64,000 nucleotides of DNA from Glaucostegus cemiculus. Its lineage: Eukaryota. Shown one piece after another: positions 25,995-38,900 of the stretch. Position 1 is the stretch's first letter, and every line of letters begins with the position of its first letter. The translations under genes were made by a program, and so were the position numbers. The DNA is taken from assembly GCA_976551045.1 (NCBI GenBank), contig CDPCPM010000056.1:21452001-21516000 (forward strand), read 5' to 3'. Below the pieces are notes generated by a model that was given only the letters and a program-made list of their open reading frames with translations, did no database searches and was not told the origin of the DNA.

Positions 25995-28900
25995 TTCACA
26001 GAATCACAGAATGGTTACATCACAGCAGCCTATTTAATCCGTACCAGCTAGTTCCACTGCCCCGGCCTCTCTCCATAGCCCTGCATATTCAGATTCTGCC
26101 TCCATGACTACACTTGGCAGGTGTTAACCACTCAAGACAATTTTTTTTCCTCATGTCACTTTTCATTCTTTTGCCAATTAGATTCAATGTCCTCTAGTTC
26201 TTGACCCTTTCCCCAATTGGTACAATTTTGCTCCACCTATTCTGTTCATAGCCTCATGATTTTAAATACCTCTAAAAGATCTTCTCACAACCTCCTCTAT
26301 TTCCATGGGAATAACCCCAGCTTCTCCAATCCAGCCACATAAAAAAAGTGGTTCATCCTCAGAATTACTTTGATAAACCTCTCCAAAATCATCACGTTGT
26401 TCCTATAAAGTGTAATGATTGGAACCAGACATAATACTCCAACAGTGGCCAAAAAGATGCTTTATAAAGATTCATCATGACTTCCTTGCTCTTGTACTCC
26501 GTGCCTCTGTTTAGAAAGCCCAGAATTCCTTCTGGTTTGTTAACCACTTTCTCAACTTGCTCTGCCATTTTTAAAGAACCATACATATATACCAGCATTA
26601 AGCTTCATCTGCCACCTATCTGCCTGTTCCATCAGCTTGTCTAAACACCTGCTTGAAGTCTATTACTATCCTCTTCACAGTTCACTATGCCTCCAAGTTT
26701 TGAGGCAATTGTAATTTTGTAAATTGTGCCCTGTTCTTTTGTCCAGTTCATTTTAAGCAGAGGTCCCAGTACATTGGTCCTAACCCTTGTGGAATTAAAC
26801 TGCATACTTCCCACCAGTCTGAAATACCCTCATTACTACCCTCTGTTTTCTGTACTGAATCAATTTTATACCAATACCTCCATCTGGATGACAAGTATTT
26901 TGTGATACCTTATCAAAAGACTTTCAGAAGCTGTTGCATCAACTGCATTTCCTTTATCAACCCTCTTTGCCATATCATCAAAAAAATCTATCATTTGCCT
27001 TTACGAAAATATGCAGTCTTTCTCTGATTATTGTTTCTAGGACTTTGCCCATCACTGAGGTTAAACTATCTGATCTGTAGTTAGTGGGATTGCCTCTACA
27101 GCCTGTTTTAAACAAGGTTGTAACATCTGCAATTTTCCAATTCTCATGCAACATGTCTGAAGCTACAGATGTTTGGAAAATAATGTCTTATCTGCTACAA
27201 TTCTCCTTCCTTCCTTCCCTCTGCAATCTAGGATCAATCCCACTTGTACCAGGTTACTTATCTACTTCAACTGCATTCAGCCCTTCTGATACCTTTTGTT
27301 AATCATTCCTGCCAGAATCTCAATTACGTCTGCTTTTACCGAGTCCCCATCACCACCAACTTTCTTAGTGAAGGCTAATGTAAAGTTCTCACTTAGTACT
27401 TGAATCATTCTCTCTGACTCCATGAGTGAATTTCTTTTTTTAAATTTCTGATTGACCAGTTTCTCCACTTATAACCCATCTCTTGTTTACACGCCTGAAG
27501 AATATTTTTTGCTTTTCCTTTTTCATTTGCTGCCTGTCTTTACTCATGCTGTTTGCCTTCCTTATTTCCTTTATGACTTCTTCCCTTAACTTTCGATAAT
27601 CAGCTTTGTTCTCATTTCTATTAATAAAACAGGATCTGTCATAAGCTCTTTTTTCTGATCTATTTTATACTCTATATTTTTGATCATCCGTGAAGCTCTG
27701 CCATTCATTTCCCATGCCTTTTTCCTTCGTGGGAATAAACATAAACTGGGGTTGACACATCCCCACCTTAAAAGCCTCCCATTGTTCAAATATAGTTTTG
27801 CCTACCAAACTTAGATTTTTACCTGAATCACATCTGTTCTCATCCCATTGAAATTGGCCTTTCTCCAATTAACTATTTGTATTTTGTGCTTTTTCATAGC
27901 TATGCTGATACCTTGTGATACTATGATTGCTATGTTCAAGATGTTCCCTATTCCTGCGTGCCTCACTTGAGCCATCTTATTTCCCAGAACCAAGTCAGGC
28001 AATGCCGCTTTTCTTGTTGCAACAGAATCATATTAATCAAGAAAGATCTGCTGAACACGCTTCAGAAATTCATACCCCTTTTGTACCTCATGTTATTGCA
28101 ATCCCAGTCTATACTTTTGTCGCAAAGTCCCCCTTTATCACTATTTTCTATAGCTTTTGCACATCTCTGTAATTTCTCTGCAAATTTGCTCCTTAATATC
28201 CTTGGTGGCTAATAGCATAATCCAGGAGGTATACTACCATTTCTATTGTTTCTTAAGTCTAAACAAATAGATTCTGTCCCCCATTGTTCCAAGACATTTC
28301 TCCCTCCAGCATGACAATATTCTTCTTAATCAATATTGGCAGATCTTTCCTTCCTTCTCTTGCTCCTCCCTGGACACCCGGTATCTGGGAATTTAGAGCC
28401 CATTCCTGCCCTTTTTTATCCATATCTAAATAATGGTATCTTGCTTGTGCCTGTGTAATGGTATCTTGCCTTTAAATACAGGCACTCTGAACCTATTTTA
28501 GACCTCTTGTAATCTCTCTTAGCCTAGTTCTGTACAGAAAATACTATTTCTTGTTCTGGTGCAATTTATCTTCCCCAATCCTTTTTGTACCTCTTTTCAA
28601 TACTATCCACCTCTGCCTACCTTCCTGTCAAATTATTTTAAATCTCCTTCCACAGGACCAAAGAACCTCCTCATGAGGACACTGGATTCAGCCCTGTTAA
28701 GGTGCAATCCATCCAGGGTTATACAGGTCCTATCTCCTCCAGAACTGGCGCCAATGTCCCACTGAATCTAAAGCCCTCCCTCTTGCTCTCCCACAACAGC
28801 CACACATTCATCTGTAGCATCCTCCTATTCTAGACTCACTGGTGCATGAAAGGTGAGTAATCAGGAGATTACTACTTTTGAGATTCTGGTTTTTAATCCC

Positions 28901-29560
28901 TTTCTTAACTCACTAAAACCTGCTGCAGATATGGACTATGACGTGCTGTTCACAGTCATCATCAAGGATTTTCTATAGCTTTTCACTGACTTATTCAACA
29001 ACTAGCATTAGGGAGGCAACATACCATTCTGGAATTCACAAAAATGTTGCTCTCCTAACTGTAGAATCTCCTCTAACTACTACTTTTTCCTCCCTCCCTG
29101 AAGAGTTGAGCCACCCAGAGCCTTCTTGGTCAATCCTTTTCTGTGCAACAAGGACGGCAGCACTGCTGGACTTGGATCAATCTGCTCTCTCCAGGGAAAC
29201 CTCTCCCCCATCAGCACTCAGAACTGAGCACTGGTTAAAGGACAAGATGCTCTCTGGGGTGTCCTGAACTACCTGCCCAGTTCTTTTGTCTCGTTGTCTA
29301 TCATCTAGTCCCCGTCAGCCTGCACTCAAGTTTTGGGGCGACTCCCTGCTGAAACGTTTTATCGATGAGACACAAGGTCACATCTGTAGCCATGCCAGCT
29401 GTTACTCAACTTGCAACTACAGAGCTTGAGCTGACAAGTATTCCTGAACACACGGTTATCCAATACACAGGACCATCCCAGAGTTGCCTCAACAGCCAGC
29501 ACGTGCATTCCATGGTATGAGGTGACCTGCCATGCTTCTATTAGATCAATTCAATTAACA
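25995..29560 (-). mobile_element. Near full-span but heavily decayed CR1 (ORF1 esterase, ORF2, 3'UTR)
   Basis: 3' tail (CACAGAAT)n near 25997; ORF2 remnants GILGFLNRG.EYKSKEVM, NWRKANFNGMR, DLVLGN; ORF1 motifs VVVRGDSTVR (about 29055-29083), LKTRISKVVIS and DGLHLNR (about 28690-28900). Confidence 0.85.
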
Positions 29561-29669
29561 GAAAGAATGCATTTGAAATACTATTACTGTTAGATTACAT
29601 ACAGCTTTACCGAACCTGAAGGAACTTTTATTTCCCTGCTCTTTGTTTAAACTAAATGCTTGTTTAAAC

Positions 29670-29768
29670 TCACTGGGCCTGTTTCCCACACTCATTTTAT
29701 AGTCACTGGGACCCTCTTTCCTGCACTCCTTCTAGTCACCGGGGTTCTGTTTCCCATGCTCCTTTCAC
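29670..29768. repeat. Degenerate minisatellite, about 33 bp x3
   Basis: Units CACTGGG..CTGTTTCCCACACTC...TAGT repeated three times, next to the CR1 5' end. Confidence 0.7.
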
Positions 29769-32067
29769 TGCTTTTACACACTATGTGAAAGTATTTAATC
29801 TTTGCAGCTGGGTTGCAAAGTTTGCTAAATGTGTTCCAGGCATGTCTATAGAATGCATGGTGACATGCAAAGCATATTTTGATGTCATTTCCTCCAAATT
29901 CTGCTGTGCAGCCAAAGTTGAATGTGGTACCACTTATTGATAAGCTGGTCGTAACTAAATCATCCTGGTTTTTGTTTTTCTGATACTCTCACCATCACCA
30001 AACTTAAGCCTACTTACACCAACCACTTCCCCCAGCCCCAGTCCTGTTCAATAACATCTCCAAATGCCCACGTACCAAATCGCACCCATCACGCCTCCCA
30101 CTTTCAGATCACGTCCCTGACTAGTAAATCCCCAGCCAGTCCTGACTGCAATCCCAGCTACATCCCTTCTGCAATCCCTCCTCGAAACTCATTGTCCCAG
30201 CTCAACCTCTAATAACTAGCTTCCCACGTTTTCATTCCATTCCTCTACCCCACATGTTCTGACATAATAACCACAACATTATCCCTGACTCCATCTTCTG
30301 TGATCTGCAACCTACCTGATTTCTTCCACAAGCATTACAATGGCAGGTGGGGAGAGGAGAGTTTTGATGTGCGGTTGTGATTATCATAATACTTGACAGA
30401 ATTTTGCTGCCACCAGGGACCATGCAGAAAGCTGGCATAGTGTTGATTAAATACATCTTTTGAGGCATGCAAGAGTTTTTAGATCATGCTGTCTTCAAAC
30501 TACCTGTGTTGGTTTGTTTGCTGAAATATACAGATGTGCAGTAACTCCAAAATAAAGCATAACGGTGAAACATTTTACTTCTGTTTATTAGAAGATTACA
30601 TACAAAGGCAATAAAAGTTCAATATTATTATATTGTTGCCCTTTGATTTCACTCATGCACATTTAAAATGACTAACATGTTACCAATATCATTTGGTAAG
30701 GGGCTCAAGGTAGTGTTGAAAGCAAAAAAAAAATCTGTTATATTCCCACTCAAATGTTACAAGATTGCAGAACACAACAGCTCTTTAACATCACAGGTGA
30801 ATTTTATAAAACCTTGAGGACAAGTTCAACTATTGAATGGCTGACAGAGTGCACAGGCCAATGCTTTATCCCTCCAATAGGAAAGTAATAAAGACTGATT
30901 TTGAGTAACAGCCCTGGAGCCCTCAGTAAAATAGTGTAAAACATGGAAAAAACTTGGAAACTAGGAATTGGAGATATGAGAACTATTTCTAAGACGTCAC
31001 ATTTTCACAGTACAACATTAACCACTCACTCTTCTTCCTGACCATTATATGTACTTCTGAATGACAGTGTTATGTATATATCTGTGCGTGAGAGGATTTC
31101 CTAACTTGGATCATTCTAGTATAATAAAATAATCCAAAAATTTTTTTTTAAATGTAAGTTATGGCATAAACCCTTCAATTGAATGAAAGATTACAATATT
31201 CCTTTAATTGTTCTTGCAGTTCTCAAAATAAAATGCTACCCCAAGGATATATTGGTACAGTGCAAAATGAAATCCAGGATGAGTCTTTGCATCAAAGTGT
31301 TAAATACCGTCTTACAGCCTGCTGTAGTGTTAAGTTATTGAAGCAAATAATGGCAACACTATTAAATTTGCTACCAAGATAGCATGAGGATTGTATTAGT
31401 CCTTTTGCTAAGTGGCTTATTTTTACTGGTACGGAATGTGGCCCAGCTGATCTTTATTGATAGATAAGAAAGAGAGTGAGAAGAAGAAAGGCTGAGACCC
31501 AAGCTGAACCAGTAACCACTGTAAAGTGAAACAGAAGCCTAGTCCTTATTGTACCCAGGTCTTGGCACAAAGTGGTACCACTTATAGTATTTGTTATTTC
31601 TCTGCTTGCATGCTGTGAGACATGCTGGATACTGTTTCATTCAGCAGATGCTTGCAGTTGTGTTCTTTTCACTCTATGAGAGAATGTAACACAGTACAAA
31701 GCACAAAGCCCAGGCTTCCAATTACAATGACTGTTGCCTAAACAAAATACAGTCAGGCATTTATACACCACTGGAGAATGCTGTAAGTGCCTCTGTCGTT
31801 AAATATTCAGTGCCTTGCAATAGTATCTTTTTTTCTTATTAAAGAATTTTTGTGCTTTTTTGTGGAGAATCAGCTTTCTTCCTCAAATTGATTCCCTGGG
31901 GAGTAATAAATGGTCTTGGTTGCCTTCATATAGTTCTCATTTTTGAAAATGGAATAAATTCCGGAAATAAAGATAAACTTCCTAAATGGAGTATTGACTT
32001 GTATTGAAAAGATTTTCTTCTCAATGTCTGATCCTGTGGTGTGGATGATCAAACACATGTACACAAG

Positions 32068-32362
32068 TACATGCACACATACATATATTCATAATACACA
32101 TCTCACATACACATATTCATAATACACATTCACATACACATAAACCACATATATGTATAACTAATACATGCATGCATCATATATAAGCACACAACAAATT
32201 TACATGAACAAGTACTCACATACTTTCATCCAGAAGTACCTATAACTTGCTCACACAAAAGACATACATGTAGATGTCTACTCACAGACAACATACATAT
32301 ATGTACTTTATATTGATATAGATGTATACATACATATACATACATACATATACATACACTCA
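32068..32362. repeat. CA/TA-rich simple repeat including (TACA)n
   Basis: Duplicated CACATA..ATATTCATAATACACAT unit and a (TACA)-type run at 32327-32358. Confidence 0.85.
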
Positions 32363-33944
32363 CAGAATACCTGTCTATAAAAGCTTTCATTGTCACTCAA
32401 CCATTCTAGAATGAATCCTAAATTCTTTTTGCAGTTTTACAGCCTACTGTTAGAACTGTTTGAAACTCTCCACTCCACTAAACATTCATAACCTAGATAG
32501 GGAATACAGTATCAGCTTACAGACAAAATGCATATTCAGATTCTCCTGACATGTATTTAGTCTTCCATCCAACCAAGGTAACTAAAAATAATATCACTAA
32601 TGTGTGAGATATGTAGCCAAAGAATGCAAATTACCAACTGTACTCATGACTCAAAATAGTGAGCTGAGTACCATAACCAGCAGCCTATCAATTAGACTCG
32701 GAGACAAACTGCTAGGGGAATCCTTATTTACAGAGCAGTGCAGCAGAAATTCTGCAAGGGTAACTTTGCAGGAAAGACTGGACTCAGAACTGGAATCTGA
32801 TGAATCCACTTTGGAACTTTAGTGTCTTGTAAAAAATATCTAACCCTATAGATTTATTAGAGAGATCACTGAGGGACTTTGTCTCAAAATTTGGAATTAC
32901 AATAAAGCAAACAGCAAGACAGTTCACTGTATGACTAATAACAACCCAATCCCAATATTTACATTATAAAGCAACAGTCTCTCTTACTTTTTCTTTGTTG
33001 ACTCATAACCTAGAGAATTTCTTTTAAAGTTCATTACTTGCTGCCAAATATTTGCAATAATCAGAACAGTAATAAAAACTGCTTATTACAATTGCTTCTG
33101 AGATTGACTCCAAGCAGTCTATATAGTTAGACAGTTTCCCAATACAAGTATTGTGCATGAATAGAATCATAGAATCACACAAAAGGACATTTAGCCCATT
33201 GAATCTCTTGTCTGTTGTGAAATTTTAATTTTAATTTATCCTCACAAATACTTTCCCTCAAGTACGTTATAAATTCCCTCTGAAAACTTTGATTGATACC
33301 GTTTGTAGCACTATTACAAGAAGAGAGTTCCAGATCAGAACCACTCTTCGCATAAAAGTGTTTCACCTCATGCTCCCCTTCCATCTTTTGCCATCATTTT
33401 GTGTATGCATCCCCTGGTCTTTTGCTAATGGGAATGTTCTCTCCCTGCATAACATATCCAAATTTATTATGGTTTTATACACCTCTATCAAACCTTCTCT
33501 CAACCTTCTTTATTTTAAAAAGGAATCCACCATCTCCGGTCTAACCTGACAGCTAAGATCCCTCACCTTTGCAATCATTGCAATTAATCTTTTTTGCACC
33601 CTGCCTAAGATCTTTGCATCCGACCTAAAGTGAAGAGACTAGAATTGGACGTGGCTAACCAGTGCTTTATAAAAGTTCAACATACATTCTCTGATTTTGT
33701 GCACTTTGCCCCCATTTATGAAGCCCAGATCCCTATGTTTTACCAACTGCTGTCTCAACATCTCTTGCCATTTTCAAAGATTTATGCACACCTACTCACA
33801 GGTTCCTCCAAATCTTTCAGAAATGAACCATTTAAGCTATAAGGAATGCTTTCCACCACACTTCTCTGCATTAAATTTCATCTGTCTCTTGTCTGCCCTT
33901 TCTGTTTGCCTAAGTCCTCTCGTAATTAATTATTCTAAATTTTT

Positions 33945-34115
33945 TCTGAATTTTATTTACAGCGTGGTAACAGGCCCTTTCAGCCCAACGAGTCCGCGCC
34001 GCCCATTTTAAACTCCCAAATTAACCTACCTGTACGTCTTTCAGAATGTGGGAGGAAACCGGAGCACCCGGAGGAAACCCACGCAGACACAGGAGAACGT
34101 ACAAACTCCTTACAG
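33945..34115 (-). mobile_element. 5'-truncated V-SINE, apparently young
   Basis: GTGGGAGGAAACCGGAGCACCCGGAGGAAACCCACGCAGACAC is the V-domain, with CpGs retained. No tRNA head. Confidence 0.9.
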
Positions 34116-34121
34116 GAGTTA

Positions 34122-34153
34122 CTATGCCAGGATAATTAATTATCCTGGCATAG
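34122..34153. repeat. Perfect 32-bp palindrome
   Basis: CTATGCCAGGATAATT|AATTATCCTGGCATAG. Confidence 0.97.
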
Positions 34154-34229
34154 CTTTCACTGGTTCAAAAATATAGCTTGAAATTTTATCCTGCACAAAC
34201 ATATCCAAGTCATTAATATGGATCAAACA

Positions 34230-34410
34230 AAAAATACTGAAGCAAGAAACAATCCACTGGATGGATCCTGCATCAGTCTTGATGCAAGGTTTCATCCCAA
34301 AATGTAGACAATTCCTTTTCCCCCCACAGATGCTGCTCGATCAGCTGAGTTCCTCCAGTAGATTGTTTGTTGCTCCAGATTGCAGCATCTGCAGTCTCTT
34401 GCATCTCCAA
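34230..34410 (+). mobile_element. Penelope-like pseudo-LTR fragment with a short inverted 5' copy
   Basis: CACAGATGCTGCTCGATCAGCTGAGTTCCTCCAG...GTTGCTCCAGATTGCAGCATCTGCAG; decayed hammerhead at 34274-34309. Confidence 0.82.
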
Positions 34411-34654
34411 AAAAAAAGCAGTGGTCCTGGCACTGACTTTGGTTTGCAATTGAGACAACTCTCTGCGTGTATTCTATAATACAACAGTTTTCTCTCCACT
34501 GGGTGCTCCATGAATGGTAATCTCACTCTAGTGATTTTCACAACAGACAAGATAGTTACTTGAAGTAGCATCTTTATGTTAGTAGATTTTAAGAAATATT
34601 TCACCTCACAAAAAACAAATGGATATTCAGGGCAGAAATCAGACAGGAAGTTTA

Positions 34655-34795
34655 ATTGGAAAGCAGAAAACTGCAGATGCTGAAAATCCAAAGTAAAAGT
34701 AGAATATGCCAGAGATACTGAGCAGGTCGGGCAGTGTCAGTGGGGAAAGAAACAGCACTAATGCTTTAGGTTGATGACCTCTCACTGGAACTAAA
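34655..34795 (-). mobile_element. Penelope-like fragment
   Basis: AACTGCAGATGCTGAAAATC...GAGCAGGTCGGGCAG...GGAAAGAAACAG. Confidence 0.7.
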
Positions 34796-35622
34796 TGTAA
34801 TTGAAATTCTCAAAGTACCAATGTTGTCTATTCTGATAGGAGTTTCACACTGGGTGGGTGAAGTGACCACTCTCCCCGCACAACGGCCTTGCCACAAATT
34901 GCTAGCACTAATTCTACTGTCACAGAAAAGCTCAGTTTTTTGAAGGATGTTTTGAGATTTCAGGAAATCTGGCCAAACATCTGCTCATCATGCCCCTGTA
35001 GCAACCATTTAAAGGGGGAGGCTGGAAACATTGGAGGTTAAATTCAGAGGCAGATTTCAGCATCAGGGAAATTTAACAAGCATGCCCTGCAGCAAGGAGT
35101 TAGAGTTAAGGAAGCATTTAAAGCTCAAAGCTCCCAAAGGAATGATGGAAATATGAGTCGCATACCTGCTTCCAGCTTTCTATGACTGCTGCTAAGCATT
35201 CCCCTTAAACTACACTGTAAGTGGTTGACTCCTGACCTGAACAAGCCATGGTTTGCAGGTGGGCTGAGGATTCTGTGGTAGTAAGGTTGAATGACATGAG
35301 AAATATTTAGTTGAACCTAATTCAACACTCTAAAGATTGTGTTAAAGTTGACATGCTGGCAGCCTTAATTGAGGCCTGTTCAAAAATTTAGAATTTCAGT
35401 GCCAAGTTGGCAGGTTTCTACATCATTTTCGTCATGTCATACCCCAACTTATAGCAAAAAAACAGGCTGTGCCAGGCCAAGAATTTGCCTCATTTTGGCT
35501 TAGGTATCTTTCAGAATTCTCTCCTTTTTAAGCAACTTGATCCCACTTGAAGGGAGTATTGGATTCAGGTCAAATTTGAAGTTTAGCATGAAACTCAACC
35601 TCAGCAAGTTTCCACTCAAAGT

Positions 35623-35921
35623 AGGCATGGTAGTGTAGCGGTTAGCATAACACTTTTACAGCGCCAGTGACCTGGGTTCAAATCTGGCCACTGTCTGTAA
35701 GGAGTTTGTACGTTCTCTCCGTGTCTGCATGGGTTTCCTCTGGGTGCTCCAGTTTCCTCCCACATTCCAGAGGCGTACAGGTTAGGAAGTTGTGGGCATG
35801 CTATGTTGGTGCCAGAAGCATGGCGACACTTGCGGGCTGCCCCCAGAACACTACACAAAAAGATGTATTTCACTGTATGTTTCGATCTATATGTGACTAA
35901 TAAAGATATCGTATCTTATCT
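35623..35921 (+). mobile_element. Full-length tRNA-derived V-SINE
   Basis: A box TAGTGTAGCGG (35631), B box GGTTCAAATCT (35675), V-domain GGGTTTCCTCTGGGTGCTCCAGTTTCCTCCCAC, AATAAA at 35899 and a (TATCT)-type tail. Confidence 0.92.
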
Positions 35922-38900
35922 AAGTGGATTTTCTACAAATTCTGTCTTCCCTTTTCATATTTTGAGTGGTTTCTCAGATCTTTTAGGGAATTTTTCCACT
36001 GCATTCTTACCACCCTGATAGGGTTAGCAAAGGTTCTAGAGCTTGGATTCAAGGCTTACTCTCTCTTTATCATTCAGTCAAAAAATAAATATTTTCAGTT
36101 TTTCTCATTGAAGTTGAGAGATTAGCTTAGAACAAGGCAAATGGTTCATCTTAACAAGACTTCACTCACTTCTAGAATTTGGACTAATGATATCAAATGA
36201 GAAAATAAATGTAACTTTCTTTAAGGAAACACTGATCATGTTGGATAAATCATCCTTAAAATTCTCTGAACTTGGGCCAACCCACTGTGAAGATAATTAA
36301 GGTTCTAACTACTAGTCCTTATCTAATGACTCCTAATGGAAGTATGCACATTGTTATTCCCCCATCACACTTTAACCAGCTCTAGCTTTCATGTTAACTT
36401 GCATTCTTCCAGATGGAGTTACAAGATAAGGATTGGGAGTTTGGATCTAAGCTACAGATAAGTTGTCTTGGTCCAGGAAATTTAAGATTCATATACCAGT
36501 TGCTGCTTTCTTGAAGGAAAGATGGAAGCATGTTACCTGGCTTACCATAGGTAAAGGCAGAACTTCTCACTGGCAAGGTTTAGGTACAATGACTTCTTTT
36601 AAACAGGTTATGGCCTATGGAACAATGGAATGCATTGGAAGTTGCAAGCAGTCAAAATTCAGCAATTGGAAATTCTATCTGATGCTGTCAGAAGACACAA
36701 GAAATGAGAAAGTATAAAACATAGTGAAAGAGAAAAAATATGCAACCAATTTGTGAAATATAGATTTAAAAGTAAAGTTATCAATACATCTAGACTGCTT
36801 ACAAATGTTTCTCTCCTCCCCCAGTAATAAATACCAGCTTAACAAGTTAAACTGGGTGCTGGCTAGGAAGTAAAGTGCTTCCAGCTATAAACTGTACAGC
36901 TCATTTATTACTTTTAACTTTTTATAAAAGCATCCCAATGCTATTTTTTCCCATCTCCCCCTTCCTTCCCCCAAACCCTCTCCCTCACACTCACCCAATC
37001 ACAGGAGCTTTTAAAAACATTTTTTTTAGTTCAGCTCCTTTCATCCATCTTTCACTAATGTTGTTGTAATATTTACACCCTTTAGAGAATGCTTAAAGAT
37101 GTACATGACCAACCCTCCCACACTTGCCTATAGCTCAGAGACCTGCATTAAGCCATTTTCAAACTGCATTAGGAAATAATAAATCTGTAGGGAGGAACCT
37201 CACTCCCTTCGGAAGGCAGGAATTTAAAAACCTGTGAAAATGCTGCTTCAGGCCTCTGAGGGTTAACCTCCTTTAGCGGCTCACCTTAATCATAAGCTGC
37301 CTTGCAGAGCCACACCTGAATGCGTTCAGAGCCTGAGCAAAAGGGTATCACCCGAGTGCCTGCCTCCTAACCATGATTTATGGAGGTGACCTTGAGCAAT
37401 AAACTTTTCAAACCTCTGACTCCTGACTGAGTTTACAGTTTTATTTTTCCGATACCGTTCAGCAATTACAGAGCATAGCAATCCCCTGCACCATCTATTA
37501 GAGGGAGGATTAGCTGTACAACTGCATGTCATTTAAGCAAGGTGTACTCCCACCAGCCAGTCCAGGGCCACTGTTTCATGCAGAATGTTTTAATTGAATT
37601 ACCAGCAAATGGCTTCTCACTGCATTCAATACTGGATGTTGCAGCTTAGCTATAACACCAGAGCCACCTTTTGAAAACATTGGTTCTGAAAAATTACCAT
37701 TAATGACTGTTATTTTATATCACTGTTTGCATTTAACACTGAGCATTGTGTATGGATGGCATGACTGGGGAGAGAATTGCCAAGAAAATAAATTGGAAAG
37801 GCTTCAATTTCAATTGTACATGTTAGTTCAACTCTGTCACACATCAAGTTTCATAACTCTATGATGCTGTCAGCACTCATTGTCTAATCAATTTTGTAAA
37901 CAGCATGAAAGACAACAGAATGAAAGTTAATGGTAATCCTTTGTGTCGGTTTCATTTTTTAAAAAAGGAGTCATTATAATGCAAGTTACTCAATAAGCCT
38001 CCTTTCATTTCTAAAAACCATATCGTTTTCAGACCCTCTTATTTCTTTATACATCAGACTCCATTTAAGACAAATCTTGCAATTTCCATTGAACAACACA
38101 ACCTTCACAATCAGTTTCCCTAGCACTTTAGTTTTAATCGGTAATACAGGTTTTAAAATGCTGGAATGCCTATCTTAGAAAACCTAAATTAATGTAATAG
38201 CTGTTCCTACAGTCAGATGTGCTCTGCTTACTGACATGCCAATTCAGATTCCAATTTTAAGCAGTGCTGAGGAGCTGAGGACTTGTCAACTTAGAGCCAG
38301 CTGGTGCAGGAAGCAGTGGAAAATCTCTTCATTATCAGGTGGGCTGAAACAGCACAATGCTATTACGCCAATCTAATTTATATATAAAAAAAATTCTTCA
38401 ATGGAGTGGAAACTAATTGGAACTTACAAAGAAATATAGCTCACAAGTATTCTGTAAAGATCAGCACCATTCATCAAATTATTTGCCTAAGTCATTTGGT
38501 CAGGATGCAACTCTAATACCAATCATTCATTTGTTAATGAAATGCACAACCACATTTTTGGAAAATTTTATTTGAACATTTTAATTCCAATTTACAATAA
38601 AAGCTACCTCACAACATGCCAAGGCAGAGCCACCTGCACTTAAATCTTTGTGCTGTCACAGTAATTGATGGAAATCGAGACAATTTGTTTTGGAGATGGT
38701 TGTTCCTGAAAGTTCATCTGATATGCTGGCCTTGAAATTCTGAATGGTCACAGCAGTGGTTGCTAAAGACCTTTTCTGTTATGGACCTGCTAAATAACAC
38801 CAACAATAAATGGGCGTTGGTTAAAAATATAGTGCCTGAGACTGAGGGTGGGATGAGAGAAAGACCTTATCCGAGGCCTGATTGAAGGCTGGGGCAGGAT

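Larger units (their letters stand above)
33160..34440 (-). mobile_element. Decayed CR1 3' half carrying nested insertions
   Basis: Tail ATAGAATCATAGAATCAC at 33161. RT homology continues past the nested SINE and Penelope fragment to AAAAGCAGTGGTCCTGGCACTGAC (minus: SVPGPLLF). Confidence 0.8.

Noticed and set aside
29670-29768. CRISPR-like array
   Set aside because: Degenerate tandem units without unique spacers, in vertebrate DNA with no cas genes.
32604-32822. 72-aa ORF with a protein-like acidic end (LQERLDSELESDESTLEL)
   Set aside because: GTG start, no convincing splice acceptor and no recognisable family.
35623-35695. tRNA gene
   Set aside because: The A and B boxes run straight into a V-SINE body and I could not build a full cloverleaf.
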